NCBI GenBank assembly: GCA_963761955.1
Contig: CAVXIY010000023.1
Span: 29,767 to 93,766 of the forward strand
From: an uncultured Actinomycetota bacterium
GTDB taxonomy: Bacteria > Actinomycetota > Actinomycetes > Propionibacteriales > Propionibacteriaceae
Direction of reading: 5' to 3'
DNA: 64,000 bases
Under the pieces are notes generated by a model. That model saw only the letters and a list, made by a program, of their open reading frames with translations, ran no database searches and was not told the DNA's origin. Each line of letters starts with the position of its first letter. The first letter of the stretch is position 1. Position numbers and translations under genes: made by a program. Positions 33,705 to 48,347 of this stretch are shown one piece after another.

Positions 33705-34954
33705 ACGGCGGCCGGGAGTCGCGCGCGTGGCTCAGCCGGCCGGCGGTCCGCCAGGCCCGGGCGACCACGTCGCGGTCCTCGTCGGTGATCAGGTTGCCCA
33801 TCACCCGCAGGGCGACGGTCATCAGCACGCGCGAGCCGCATCCCGATCGGCCCGAGCCGGCCCAGCAGCCCGGGCACGGTGATCAGCCCGGCCAGCCGGC
33901 GGGCGATGCTGAACGGACGTCCGTAGTGCGTGCGCAGCAGCGCCGGCCAGGCGCGGCCGAGATCGTCCTCGCCGAGCAGGTCGGCCACGCAGCCGGCCGG
34001 TCTCCAGCCCGTAGTCGATGCCCTCGCCGTTCAGCGGGTTGACGCAGGCGGCGGCGTCGCCGATCAGCGCCCAGTTCGGCCCGGCCACCCCGCTGACCGC
34101 GCCGCCCATCGGCAGCAGCGCCGAGGTCGGCATGCCGCAGCTCGTCGCCCAGCTCCCACTCGTCGCGGCGCTGCGCGGCGTAGAAGTCCATCAGCGGCCG
34201 CAGGGCGACGTCGGCCGGCCGCTGCGCGGTGGCCAGGGTGCCGACGCCGAGGTTCACCTGGCCGCCGCCGAGCGGGAAGATCCAGCCGTAGCCCGGACAG
34301 CAGCTCGCCCTGCTCGCCGCGCAGCTCCAGGTGCGAGGAGATCCACTCGTCGTCGCGGCCGGTGTCGAGATAGCAGCGGGCGGCCACCCCGTACGCGGTG
34401 TCGCGGTGCCAGGTCCGGCCGAGCAGCCGGCCGAGCGGGGAGCGGACGCCGTCGGCGACGACCAGCCGCCGGCAGCGCACCGTCACGCGGCTGCCCGGCC
34501 GATCTCGAAGACCACGCCGGACGACCCGGTCGCCGTCGCGGACGACGTCGACGGCCCGGGCGCCGGCCAGCGGCGTCGCGCCGGCGTCCAGCGCCGCGGT
34601 CGCGGATCTGGTCGTCCAGCTCGGTCCGCGGGACCGCCGAGCCGTGGTCGGGCAGCGAGCCGCCCGGCCAGGGCAGCTCGAGACCTGAGCCGAAGCCGTG
34701 CGCCCGCAGCCCGCGGTTGACGACGTGCGACCGGGTCCACGTCGCCGAGCCCCAGCCGGTCGAGCTCGGCCATCGCCCGCGGGGTCAGCCCGTCGCCGCA
34801 GGTCTTGTCCCGGGGGAAGGTCGCCGCGTCGGCCAGCAGTCACCTGGCGACCCGAGCCGGGCCGCCCAGGCGGCCGCGGACGCGCCGGCCGGGCCGGCGC
34901 CGACGACCAGGACGTCGGTCTCGGCGTCGGTCGAGCCCGGTCACCCGCCGTCAC
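33697..34954 (-). CDS. menJ: Geranylgeranyl-reductase family, menaquinone reductase MenJ-like (frameshifted)
   Basis: DVLVVGAGPAG, FPRDKTCGDGLTPRA, VADGVRSPLGR and IGDAAACVNPLNGEGIDYGLE. Confidence 0.85.
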
Positions 34955-35123
34955 CCACGGAGCGCGATTGTTCCACCGGTCGTCGGCGCAGGCGCGGATT
35001 TCGCACCGAGATCGTTGCGTAATTCGAGCGCGTTTGCCCTAGTGGGCGTGCTCATTGGTCTGCCGGTCGGTCGGGTCGCGCTCGTCGTTCCGCGGAGATG
35101 GTCGTAGAGTGGGTCCGCGGACT

Positions 35124-35141
35124 TAGTGAACGAATTCACGA
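35124..35141 (+). promoter_or_regulatory. Rex operator upstream of the nuo operon
   Basis: TAGTGAACGAATTCACGA versus consensus TTGTGAA-N4-TTCACAA (2 mismatches), just downstream of -10-like TAGAGT (35105-35110). Confidence 0.75.
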
Positions 35142-35256
35142 GCGACGCCGGTTCGGGTCCCGAGCCCGGGCGGAGCCGCCCACCAGGAGAGCACATGACG
35201 GTCAGTTCGCCGCGCCGCGCGGCAGCGTCGATGGCCATGCGGCGGACGGGGGCGGC

Positions 35257-35616
35257 ATGAGCCCCTACCTCGGGATCGTGATCCTGCTGGTGATCGCCGC
35301 CGGCTTCGTGGCGCTGACGATCATGACCAGCCTGCTGGTCGGGCCCGGCCGCTACAACCGGGCCAAGTACGACTCGTACGAGTGCGGCATCGAGCCGACC
35401 CCGCAGCCGGTCGGCGGCGGCCGGTTCCCGGTGAAGTACTACATCACCGCGATGCTCTTCATCGTCTTCGACATCGAGATCGTCTTCCTCTACCCGTGGG
35501 CGGTCACCTTCGACCAGATGGGCACGTTCGCCCTGGTCGAGATGGTCTTGTTCATCGCCACGGTCTTCGTGGCCTACTTCTACGTGCTGCGCCGCGGCGG
35601 ACTCGAATGGGACTGA
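35257..35616 (+). CDS. nuoA: NADH-quinone oxidoreductase subunit A
   Basis: YECGIEP and [15 protein letters not shown]. Confidence 0.96.
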   Translation: MSPYLGIVILLVIAAGFVALTIMTSLLVGPGRYNRAKYDSYECGIEPTPQPVGGGRFPVKYYITAMLFIVFDIEIVFLYPWAVTFDQMGTFALVEMVLFIATVFVAYFYVLRRGGLEWD

Positions 35617-35628
35617 GGATGCTGACAG

Positions 35629-36187
35629 ATGGGCGTTGAGGAGAAGCTGCCGACCGGGGTGCCTGCTGACCACGCTGGAGGACCTGTTCGGCTACATGCG
35701 GAGCGCCGCCTTCTGGCCGGCCACCTTCGGTCTGGCCTGCTGCGCGATCGAGATGATGACCTACGGCGCGCCGCGCTACGACTCCGGCCGCTGGGGCCAG
35801 GAGGTCTTCCGGGCCTCGCCGCGGCAGGCCGACCTGATGATCGTCGCCGGCCGGGTGAGCCAGAAGATGGCCCCGGTGCTGCGGCAGATCTACGACCAGA
35901 TGCCCAACCCGAAGTGGGTGCTCGCCATGGGCGTCTGCGCCAGCACCGGCGGCATGTTCAACAACTACGCGATCGTCCAGGGCGTCGACCACGTCGTGCC
36001 GGTCGACATGTACCTGCCCGGCTGCCCGCCGCGGCCCGGAGATGCTGATCGACGCGATGTTCAAGCTGCGCGACAAGGTGCGGCAACACCCCGATCGGCC
36101 TCAACGCCACCATCGCGGCCCAGGAGGCCGAGCAGCGCCAGCTCGAGGCGCCGGCCGCTCAGCGAGCTGAAGGGTCTGCTGCGGTGA
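35629..36187 (+). CDS. nuoB: NADH-quinone oxidoreductase subunit B (frameshifted)
   Basis: [18 protein letters not shown] and YLPGCPPRP. Confidence 0.96.
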
Positions 36188-37084
36188 CGCGACGGACGAC
36201 ACGCGCCCCGAGTCCGACCGCGAGCCGTCGAAGGCGCTCAACGCCGAGTCCGACGCGAAGGCGCCGGTCAAGGGCGCCGATCCGCAGGGCGAGTCCGAGC
36301 CGGACGCCGGCACCAAGGCCGAGCAGCAGACCGGGTCCGCGCCCGAGGTCGCCTCGGCGGCGACCGAGGCCGAGCAGGACGTCGCCGAGCGACCGGGCGA
36401 GCGACGTCGCCGTGCCGGAGCGCAACGACCGAGGTGCTCGAGGTCCGCAAGGGCATGTTCGGCGTCAGGGCACCGGCGACACCTCCGGCTACGGCGGCCT
36501 GACCCGGACGATCGAGTTCCCGGCGCCGTCCGACCAGCCGTTCGGCGGCTGGTGGGACCAGGTCTACGAGCGGATCGGCGCGAGCTCGAGGGGTCGCCCG
36601 AGGACCTACCTTCGACGTGATCACCAAGGTCGTCATCCACCGCGGCGAGATCACCTTCCACGTCGCCCGCGAGCACCTCGCCGCGCTGGTCCGGCACCTG
36701 CGCGACGACGCCCACCTGCGGTTCGAGTTCTGCAGCAGCGTGTCCGGCGTGCACTACCCGGCCGACCAGGGCCGCGAGCTGCACGCGGTCTACCACCTGC
36801 AGTCGATGACCCACAACCGCCGGATCCGGCTCGAGGTCTCGCGTCCCCGACACCGACCCGCACATCCCGTCGGTGGTGCCGACCTACCCGACCGCCGACT
36901 GGCACGAGCGCGAGACGTACGACATGTTCGGCATCGTCTTCGACGGCCACCCGGCGCTGACCCGGATCCTGATGCCGGACGACTGGCCCGGCCACCCGCA
37001 GCGCAAGGACTACCCGCTCGGTGGCATCCCGGTGGAGTACAAGGGCGCCACCATCCCGCCGCCGGATCAGAGGAGGTCCTACTC

Positions 37085-37088
<4 letters not shown>
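36184..37088 (+). CDS. nuoC: NADH-quinone oxidoreductase subunit C (frameshifted)
   Basis: [29 protein letters not shown] and [11 protein letters not shown]. Confidence 0.95.
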
Positions 37089-38462
<1,374 letters not shown>

Positions 38463-38614
38463 CGCTCGACTGATCGGACCGACGCTCGGGCGCGCTCGGC
38501 AACCATCCGCCCTCGCAGGCTCGGGCTCCCGCCAGACCCATCCACGCTCGCGACGCCGGCCGACGCCGCCTCACTCGGACAGCGCTCCCGGCCGGATCGA
38601 GGAGAGGTGGCGTC

Positions 38615-39458
38615 ATGACTGAGCTGATCGAGCCGCGGGTTCCGACTCCAACGGGCATGCGGGTGGCGACATCGGGTCGGAGGAGCTGGTCGGGCGGCTG
38701 ACGAGTGATCATGAAGCGCCGCACGGGCACTTCACGACGCACTTCGACGAGCCGAGCCTCGACTTCAGTGCGACCGAGACCAAGATCACCGAGACGACGC
38801 TGGCGGAGCTGCGGTCGATCGCGGCCCGCTATCCGCAGGCCCGGTCGGCGCTGCTGCCGATGCTGCACCTGGTGCAGAGCGTCGAGGGGCGGGTGACGCC
38901 GGCGGGGATCGAGGCGTGCGCCGACATCCTCGGGCATCACCGCCGCCGACGTCAGCGGGGTCGCGACCTTCTACACGATGTACAAGCGGCGTCCGGTCGG
39001 GGAGTACCACGTCGGGGTCTGCACCACCGCGCTGTGCGCGATCATGGGCGGCGACGAGGTCTACGCGAAGCTGCAGGATCATCTCGGGATCGGCAACGAC
39101 GAGACCACCGACGACGGCAAGATCACCCTCGAGCACCTGGAGTGCAACGCGGCCTGCGACTTCGCCCCGGTGATGATGGTCAACTGGGAGTTCTTCGACA
39201 ACACCACGCCGGAGCGGGCGATGCGAGGTCGTCGACCAGATCCGCGGCCGGAGCCGAGGTGCACGCCGACCCGCGGCGCCGAGGTCTGCACCTGGAAGGA
39301 GGCCGAGCGGGTGCTCGCCGGCTTCCCCGACGGCCGCGCCGACGAGGGCCCGACCGCGGCCGGACCGTCGCTGCTGGGCTTGAACATCGCCCGGGAGCGC
39401 GGCTGGAGCGCGCCGCGGTCCGCGCGCGATGATCATGGAACCGATGGGGGCGAGTCGA

Positions 39459-39466
<8 letters not shown>
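38615..39466 (+). CDS. nuoE: NADH-quinone oxidoreductase subunit E (frameshifted)
   Basis: RSALLPMLHLVQS, VCTTALC and ECNAACDFAP; RBS GAGGAGAGG. Confidence 0.93.
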
Positions 39467-40903
<1,437 letters not shown>

Positions 40904-40907
<4 letters not shown>

Positions 40908-43338
40908 CGTCAGCGCGACGCGGGAGTCGAGAAGCGCGACGACCTGGTCACGCTGACCATCGACGACGTCGAGGTGTCGGTGCCCAAGGGCACGCTGGTC
41001 ATCCGGGCGGCCGAGCTGATCGGCGTCGAGGTGCCGCGGTTCTGCGACCACCCGCTGCTCGATCCGGTCGGCGCCTGCCGGCAGTGCCTGGTCGAGGTGC
41101 CCGACGCGCGGCAACGGCCGGGCCGATCCCCAAGCCGCAGGCGTCCTGCACCCTCGAGGTCGCGCCGGGATGAAGATCAAGACCCAGCTCACCTCGCCGG
41201 TGGCCGACAAGGCGCAGCACGGGAACATGGAGTTCCTGCTGATCAACCATCCGCTCGACTGCCCGATCTGCGACAAGGGCGGCGAGTGCCCGCTGCAGAA
41301 CCAGGCGCTGTCCCACGGCTACGCCGAGAGCCGGTTCACCGACGTCAAGCGCACCTACCCGAAGCCGATCAACATCTCGGCCAACGTGCTGCTCGACCGG
41401 GAGCGCTGCGTGCTCTGCGCCCGCTGCACCCGGTTCTCCGAGCAGGTGGCCGGCGACCCGTTCATCGCGCTGATCGAGCGCGGCGCGCTGCAGCAGGTCG
41501 GGATCTACGAGAAGGAGCCGTTCGAGTCCTACTTCTCCGGCAACACGATCCAGATCTGCCCGGTCGGCGCGCTGACCAGCGCGGCGTACCGGTTCCGCTC
41601 GCGGCCGTTCGACCTGGTCAGCACCCCGTCGATCGCCGAGCACGACGCCTGCGGCTCGGCCATCCGGGTCGACCACCGGCGCGGCCAGGTGATGCGCCGG
41701 CTGGCCGGTGACGACCCCGAGGTCAACGAGGAGTGGATCACCGACAAGGACCGGTTCGCCTTCGCCTACGGACGCGGCCGACGACCGGCTGACCCGGCCG
41801 CTGGTCCGCGACGGGCGGACGTGCTGCGGCCGGCGTCCTGGCCGGAGGCGATCGACGTCGCCGTCCAGGGGCCTGCAGGCGGCCGGGCCGGCTCCTCGGC
41901 GGTGCGTGCTGACCGGCGGCCGGCTGACCGCTCGAGGACGCGTACGCGTACGCCAAGTTCGCCCGCACGGTGCTCGGCACCAACAACATCGACTTCCGGG
42001 CCCGCCAGCACTCCGACGAGGAGGCCGACTTCCTGGCCCACGTCGTGGCCGGCACCGGGCGCGGGGTGACCTTCGCCGACCTGGAGACCGCGAGCTCGGT
42101 GCTGCTGGTCTGCTTCGAGCCCGAGGAGGAGGCCGGCGCGGTCTTCCTCCGGCTGCGCAAGGCCAACCGCAAGCAGGGGCTGAAGTCCTGGACCGCTCGC
42201 GCCCTACCTGAGCAACGGCGCCCGCAAGATCGGCGCCCAGCTGCTGCCGGCGGTGCCCGGCGCGCGAGGCCGCCGCGCTCGACGCGCTGCGGCTCGAAGG
42301 TCCCGCTCGACGCGAACTCGGTGATCCTGGTCGGCGAGCGAGCCGCCGGGCTGTCCGGCACGCTGAGCGCGCTGCTTCGGCTCGCCGAGCGGACCGGCGC
42401 CCGGCTGGCCTGGGTGCCGCGGCGGGCCGGTGACCGCGGCGCGGTCGAGGCCGGCTGCCTGCCCAACCTGCTGCCCGGCGGCCGACCGGTCGCCGATGCC
42501 GCCGCCCGGGTCGACACCCAGACCACCTGGGGCGTCGACTCGCTGCCCAGCCTGGAGGGCCGCGACGGCGACGAGATGCTGATCTCCGCCGCCGACGGCG
42601 AGCTGGCGCGCGCTGGTGGTGGCCGGGATCGACCCGAGCGACTTCGCCGACCCGCAGTCGTGCTGGAGGGGCTGGAGGCGGTCGACTTCGTGGTCAGCCT
42701 GGAGACCCGGGCCTCGCTGGTCACCGAGCGCGCCGACGTGGTCTTCCCGGTCTCGCTGATCCACCAGCGGGCCGGCAGCTTCGTGAACTGGGAGGGCCGG
42801 GTCCGGTCGTTCCAGGCCGTCATCAACGAGCCGACCGCGATGTCCGACCTGCGGGTGCTGGCGGCGCTGGCCGACGGCTTCGGTGTCGATCTCGGCTTCC
42901 GCACGGCCGCCGCAGGCGCGGGCCGAGCTGGAGGAGCTCGGCGTCTGGGAGGGCGACCGGGCCGCCGGCCCCCGACTTCGAGCCCGGCGAGGCGAGCCGG
43001 CCGGACGACGGGCAGGCCGTGCTCGCGACCTGGCGGCTGTCGCTGGACGACAGCCGGGCCCTGGACGGCGAGCCCTTCCTGCGGGCGACCATCCGCCCGC
43101 CGGTCGCCCGGGTCGGTCCGCGTACGCGGCCGAGGCACTCGGCTCGGAGGTGGCGATCTCGCAACGACCGCGGGTCGCTGCGCTTTCCCGTGGTCGTCGA
43201 CCCGACCATGGTCGACGGCGTCGTCTGGGTGCCGAGCCGAGCGCCGGAGCAAGTGGGTCGGCGCCGGCAGTTGGCGGCCGCGGCCGGCGACCGTGGTCGA
43301 CCGCTCGAACCGCTCGACAGCTGGAGGTGGCGCCGTGA
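40904..43338 (+). CDS. nuoG: NADH-quinone oxidoreductase subunit G (frameshifted)
   Basis: [30 protein letters not shown] and [11 protein letters not shown]. Confidence 0.96.
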
Positions 43339-44674
43339 CTCCGCTACGACCTCGATGTCTTCATGAACGACCGTGGTGGGTGGTGCTGCTCAAGGCGCTG
43401 TTCGCCTTCGTGCTGCTGCTGGTGCTGACGCTGTTCACCATCTGGTACGAGCGGCGCGTGGTCGCGTTCATGCAGCACCGCAAGGGCCCGAACATGAACG
43501 GCCCGTTCGGCCTGCTGCAGTCGCTGGCCGACGGCATGAAGCTGATGTTCAAGGAGGACTTCACTCCCGACCGCGGCCGACAAGGTCGTCTTCATGCTGG
43601 CGCCGTTCGTGGTGGCGATCCCGGCCATCACCGCGTTCGCGGTGATCCCGATCGCCGGTGAGGTCCGGGTCCCGTTCACCGACATCACGACCCAGCTCCA
43701 GGTCACCGACCTGCCGGTGTCGGTGCTGTTCATCGTGGCGATCGCCTCGATCGGGGTCTACGGCATCGTGCTCGCCGGCTGGTCGTCCGGCTCCACGTAC
43801 GCGCTGCTCGGCGCCCTGCGCTCCAGCGCCCAGGTGATCAGCTACGAGGTCGCGATGGGCCTGGCCCTGGTCGCGGTCTTCCTCTACGCCGGCTCACTGT
43901 CCACCTCGGAGATCGTGGCCAAGCAGGCCGAGCCGGCGACCGTCTTCGGCGTACCGCTGTGGTTCGCCGTGCAGCTCTTCCCGTCGTTCGTGATCTACCT
44001 GATCTCGATGGTGGGGGAGACCAACCGGGCCCCGTTCGACCTGCCCGAGGCCGAGGGCGAACTGGTCGGCGGCTTCCACACCGAGTACTCCTCGATGCGT
44101 TTCGCCATGTTCTTCATGGCCGAGTACATGAACATGATCACGGTCTCGGCGCTGGCGGTCACGCTTGTTCCTCGGCGGCTACCACGCCCCGCTGCCGTTC
44201 AACCTGATCCCGGGGGCGGACGACGGCTACTGGGGTGTGCTCTGGTTCGTCCTCAAGGTCCTGGTCATGCTGTTCATCTTCGTCTGGCTGCGCGGCACGC
44301 TGCCGCGGCTGCGCTACGACCAGTTCATGCGGTTCGGCTGGCGCTGGCTGATCCCGATCTCGCTGCTGTGGACCGTGATGATCGCGGTCCTGCGGCTCGG
44401 GCAGCGCGAGGGCTGGTTCAGCGGGACCGGATTCTGGGTGGCCGCGGTCGCGGTCTTCGTCGTGCTGGTCGGCCTGACCTTCTTCGGCGGCAAGGAGGAG
44501 CCGAGGAGGTCGACGACGGCGACGCCCGAGGCGTTCGACGCCTTCGCCGGCGGCTATCCGGTGCCACCGATGGGCAACCAGGTGCTGCCGGAGTTCTCCC
44601 AGGTGCTCAGCCATGACGAGGATGCCGAGCCGGCGCCGCCGGACCGCCAGCCGATGAAGGAGAGTCAGACCTGA
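43335..44674 (+). CDS. nuoH: NADH-quinone oxidoreductase subunit H (frameshifted)
   Basis: [29 protein letters not shown] and [11 protein letters not shown]. Confidence 0.96.
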
Positions 44675-45274
44675 TGGGCTTCCTCGATCCGATCGCCGGC
44701 TTCGGCGTGACCTTCAAGACCATGTTCCGCAAGACCTTCACCATCGACTATCCCGAACGCGCCGCGGGTGACCGCGCCGCGGTTCCACGGCCGGCACCAG
44801 CTCAATCGCTGGCCCGACGGCCTGGAGAAGTGCGTCGGCTGCGAGCTGTGCGCCTGGGCCTGCCCGGCCGACGCGATCTACGTCGAGGGCGCGCAGAACA
44901 CCGAGGAGGAACGGTTCTCCCCCGGCGAGCGCTACGGCCGGGTCTACCAGATCAACTACCTGCGCTGCATCCTCTGCGGTCTGTGCATCGAGGCCTGCCC
45001 GACCCGGGCGCTGACCATGACGAACGAGTTCGAGCTGGCCGACGACTCGCGCAGCAAGCTCATCTACGAGAAGTCCGACCTGCTGGCGCCGCTGCTGCCC
45101 GGCATGGAGCAGCCGCCGCACGAGCGCAGGCTCGGCGACGACGAGCAGGCGTACTTCCTCGGCCTGCCGGCCAGCGGCCAGCCCGACGACCGCGCGGGTG
45201 ACATCAGCGGAGCGCCGCAGGTGGTGCCGAACCAGGGATTCATCAACAAGCGCAAGCACGCGGGTAAGGGATGA
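44674..45274 (+). CDS. nuoI: NADH-quinone oxidoreductase subunit I (frameshifted)
   Basis: Two CxxCxxCxxxCP motifs. Confidence 0.96.
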
Positions 45275-46098
45275 TGATCATGGTCGTGATGCCCATGGTG
45301 ACGGGCGCCTCGGTGGCCTTCTGGCTGCTGGCGCCGGTGATGATCTTGGGCGCGCTCGGGATGATCCTGGCGCGCAAGCCGGTGCACTCGGCGTTGTGCC
45401 TGGCCGCGGTGATGATCTCGCTCGCCGTGCAGTACGCCGCCCAGGACGCGCCGTTCCTGTTCGCCGTCCAGATCATCGTCTACACCGGCGCGATCTTGAT
45501 GCTGTTCCTGTTCGTGCTGATGCTGGTCGGCGTCGACTCCGCGGACTCGCTGGTCGAGACGATCAAGGGACAACGGCTGCTCGCCATCCTGGCCGGGCTC
45601 GGATTCGGCGGCCTGCTGGTGTTCGCCGTGGGCAACGCGATCGTCAGCCCGACGGTCGGGCTCACCGCGGCCAACAGCGAGTTCGGCGGCAACGTGCAGG
45701 GCATCGCCGCCCTGGTGTTCAACCGCTACGTCTTCGCCTTCGAAGCCACCTCGGCGCTGCTGATCACGGCCGCGGTCGGCGCCATGGTGCTGGCGCATCG
45801 CGAGCGGCTGGGCAAGAAGAGGTCCCAGAGCGATCTGTCGCTGGAGCGGATGCGGCGGTACGCCGAGACCGGCGAGCACCCGGGCCCGCTGCCGACTCCC
45901 GGCGTCTTCGCCCGGCACAACGCGGTCGACACCCCGGCGCTGCTGCCCGACGGCAGCGTCTCCGAGCGGTCGGTCTCGGCCACCCTCCGGGCCCGCGGCA
46001 CGATCTTGGACAGCACGGATCTGGTGAAGCCGATCGACAAGACCGTGCGGGCGGTCGCGCCCGAGCAGACCTCCTCCGAGACCGAGGGGCAACCGTGA
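45271..46098 (+). CDS. nuoJ: NADH-quinone oxidoreductase subunit J
   Basis: PVHSAL and [19 protein letters not shown]. Confidence 0.95.
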   Translation: MMIMVVMPMVTGASVAFWLLAPVMILGALGMILARKPVHSALCLAAVMISLAVQYAAQDAPFLFAVQIIVYTGAILMLFLFVLMLVGVDSADSLVETIKGQRLLAILAGLGFGGLLVFAVGNAIVSPTVGLTAANSEFGGNVQGIAALVFNRYVFAFEATSALLITAAVGAMVLAHRERLGKKRSQSDLSLERMRRYAETGEHPGPLPTPGVFARHNAVDTPALLPDGSVSERSVSATLRARGTILDSTDLVKPIDKTVRAVAPEQTSSETEGQP

Positions 46099-46394
46099 AC
46101 CCGACGAACTACATCGTGCTCTCGGCGATCCTGTTCACCATCGGGACCGTCGGTTTCATGATCAGGCGCAACGCCATCGTGGCCTTCATGTGCGTCGAAC
46201 TGATGCTCAACGCCTCCAATCTCGCGCTGGTCACCTTCTCCCGGATGTACGGCGCCCTCGACGGTCAGGTCGCGGCCTTCTTCGTGATGGTGGTGGCCGC
46301 CGCCGAGGTGGTCGTCGGGCTGGCGATCATCGTGACCATTTTCCGCACCCGACGCTCGGCTTCGGTCGACGACGCGAATCTGCTGAAGTTCTAG
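46095..46394 (+). CDS. nuoK: NADH-quinone oxidoreductase subunit K
   Basis: MCVELMLNA and [12 protein letters not shown]; 99 aa. Confidence 0.96.
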   Translation: MNPTNYIVLSAILFTIGTVGFMIRRNAIVAFMCVELMLNASNLALVTFSRMYGALDGQVAAFFVMVVAAAEVVVGLAIIVTIFRTRRSASVDDANLLKF

Positions 46395-46403
46395 AGGACG
46401 CCG

Positions 46404-48331
46404 ATGAACCCCTTGGATGTCGTCATCCCGGCGCCGGCGACCGGCTTCCTGGCGTACGCCTGGCTGCTGATCGCGATCCCGATGGCGTCGGCCGCCGTGC
46501 TGCTGCTGGTCGGACGGGCCGGTGATCGCTGGGGCCACTACCTCGGCACCGCTGGCCCCGATCGCCTCGTTCGTGGTCGGCGTCGGCTGCTTCGCCGGAC
46601 TGCTCGGCCAGGCGCGAGGACCAGCGCGCCGTCTCGGTTCCGCTGTACGACTGGATCTCGATCGGTCAGTGGCACATCGAAGCCGGGCTGCTGGTCGATC
46701 AACTGTCGATCGTGTTCGTGCTGTTGATCACCGGCGTCGGCAGCCTGATCCACGTCTACTCCATCGGCTACATGGCCCATGACGAGCAGCGCCGCCGCTT
46801 CTTCGCGTTCCTCAACCTGTTCGTCGCCTCGATGCTGCTGCTGGTGCTGGCCGACAACTACCTGGTGCTGTTCGTCGGCTGGGAGGGCGTCGGCCTCGCC
46901 TCGTACCTGCTGATCGGTTTCTGGCAGCACAAGCCCACCGCGGCGACCGCGGCCAAGAAGGCCTTCGTGGTCAACCGGGTCGGTGACATGGGCATGTCGC
47001 TGGCGATCATGCTGATGCTGGCGACCTTCGGCTCGTCGGCCTTCGTCGACGTCAATGCCGGCATGGAGCGGGCCGGACGGCACGACCGCCACCGTGCTCG
47101 GGCTGTTGCTGCTGCTGGGCGCCTGCGGCAAGTCGGCCCAGGTTCCGCTGCAGTCCTGGCTGCTCGACGCGATGGAGGGTCCGACGCCGGTCTCGGCCCT
47201 GATCCACGCCGCCACCATGGTGACCGCGGGCGTCTATCTGGTGACCCGCAGCCACGAGATCTTCATCCACTCCGAAACGGCCAGCACGGCCGTGGTGATC
47301 GTCGGCACCGTCACGCTGCTGTTCGGCGCCTGGATCGGCTGCGCCAAGGACGACATCAAGAAGGTGCTCGCCGGCTCGACGATGTCCCAGATCGGCTACA
47401 TGATGCTCGCGGCCGGTATCGGTCCGGCCGGCTACCCGTTCGCGATCTTCCTCCTGCTGGCCCACGGCTTCTTCAAGGCCAACATGTTCCTCGGCGCCGG
47501 CTCGGTGATGCACGGCATGAATGACGACGTCAACATGCGGCACTACGGCGCGCTGTCGAAGGCGATGCCGATCACCTTCTACACGTTCGCGGCCGGCTAT
47601 CTGGCGATCATCGGGTTCCCGTTCTTCGTCCGGCTACTACGCCAAGGACCACATCATCGAGGCCGCCTTCGAGTACAACCCGATCGTCGGCGTGCTCGCG
47701 CTGCTGGGTGCCGGGGTGACGGCCTTCTACATGACCCGGCTGATGCTGATGACGTTCTTCGGCCAGAAGCGCTGGCGCAAGGGCGTGCACCCGCACGAAT
47801 CCCCGCTGGTGATGACCGTTCCGTTGATCATCCTCGGCGGCGGGCTCGGTGTTCGGCGGCCTGGTGCTGAACAACTGGATCGGTGGCTGGCTCGACCCGG
47901 CGGTGGGCGGCGAGCACGCGGCCGGTGAGCAGCCGGGACTGCTGCACTTCTCGCTGATCGGCGTGCTCACCCTGCTGGTGGTGGCGGGCGGGGTCGCGAT
48001 CAGCTACGTGCTGTTCGGCCCCCGACGGACCATCCCCGACACCCAGCCGGCGACGAGTTCGCCGTTCATCCTCGCCGGTCGCAACGACCTCTACGGCGAC
48101 GCGTTCAACGAGGCGGTGCTGATGCGCCCGGGCCAGCGGCTCACCTCCGGTCTGCTGCGGCTCGACGACTCCGGCATCGACGGGACGGTCAACGGCACCG
48201 GCGCGGTGATCAGCGGGATCTCGACCCGACTCCGCCGCGCCCAGAACGGCTTCGTCCGCACGTACGCACTCACCATGCTGGCCGGGGCCGCGGTCGTCGG
48301 CGTCGTCATCGTTCTCGGCCGGCTGGGCTGA
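46404..48331 (+). CDS. nuoL: NADH-quinone oxidoreductase subunit L (frameshifted)
   Basis: [16 protein letters not shown] and [29 protein letters not shown]. Confidence 0.96.
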
Positions 48332-48347
48332 GGGGACGGAGACGATC

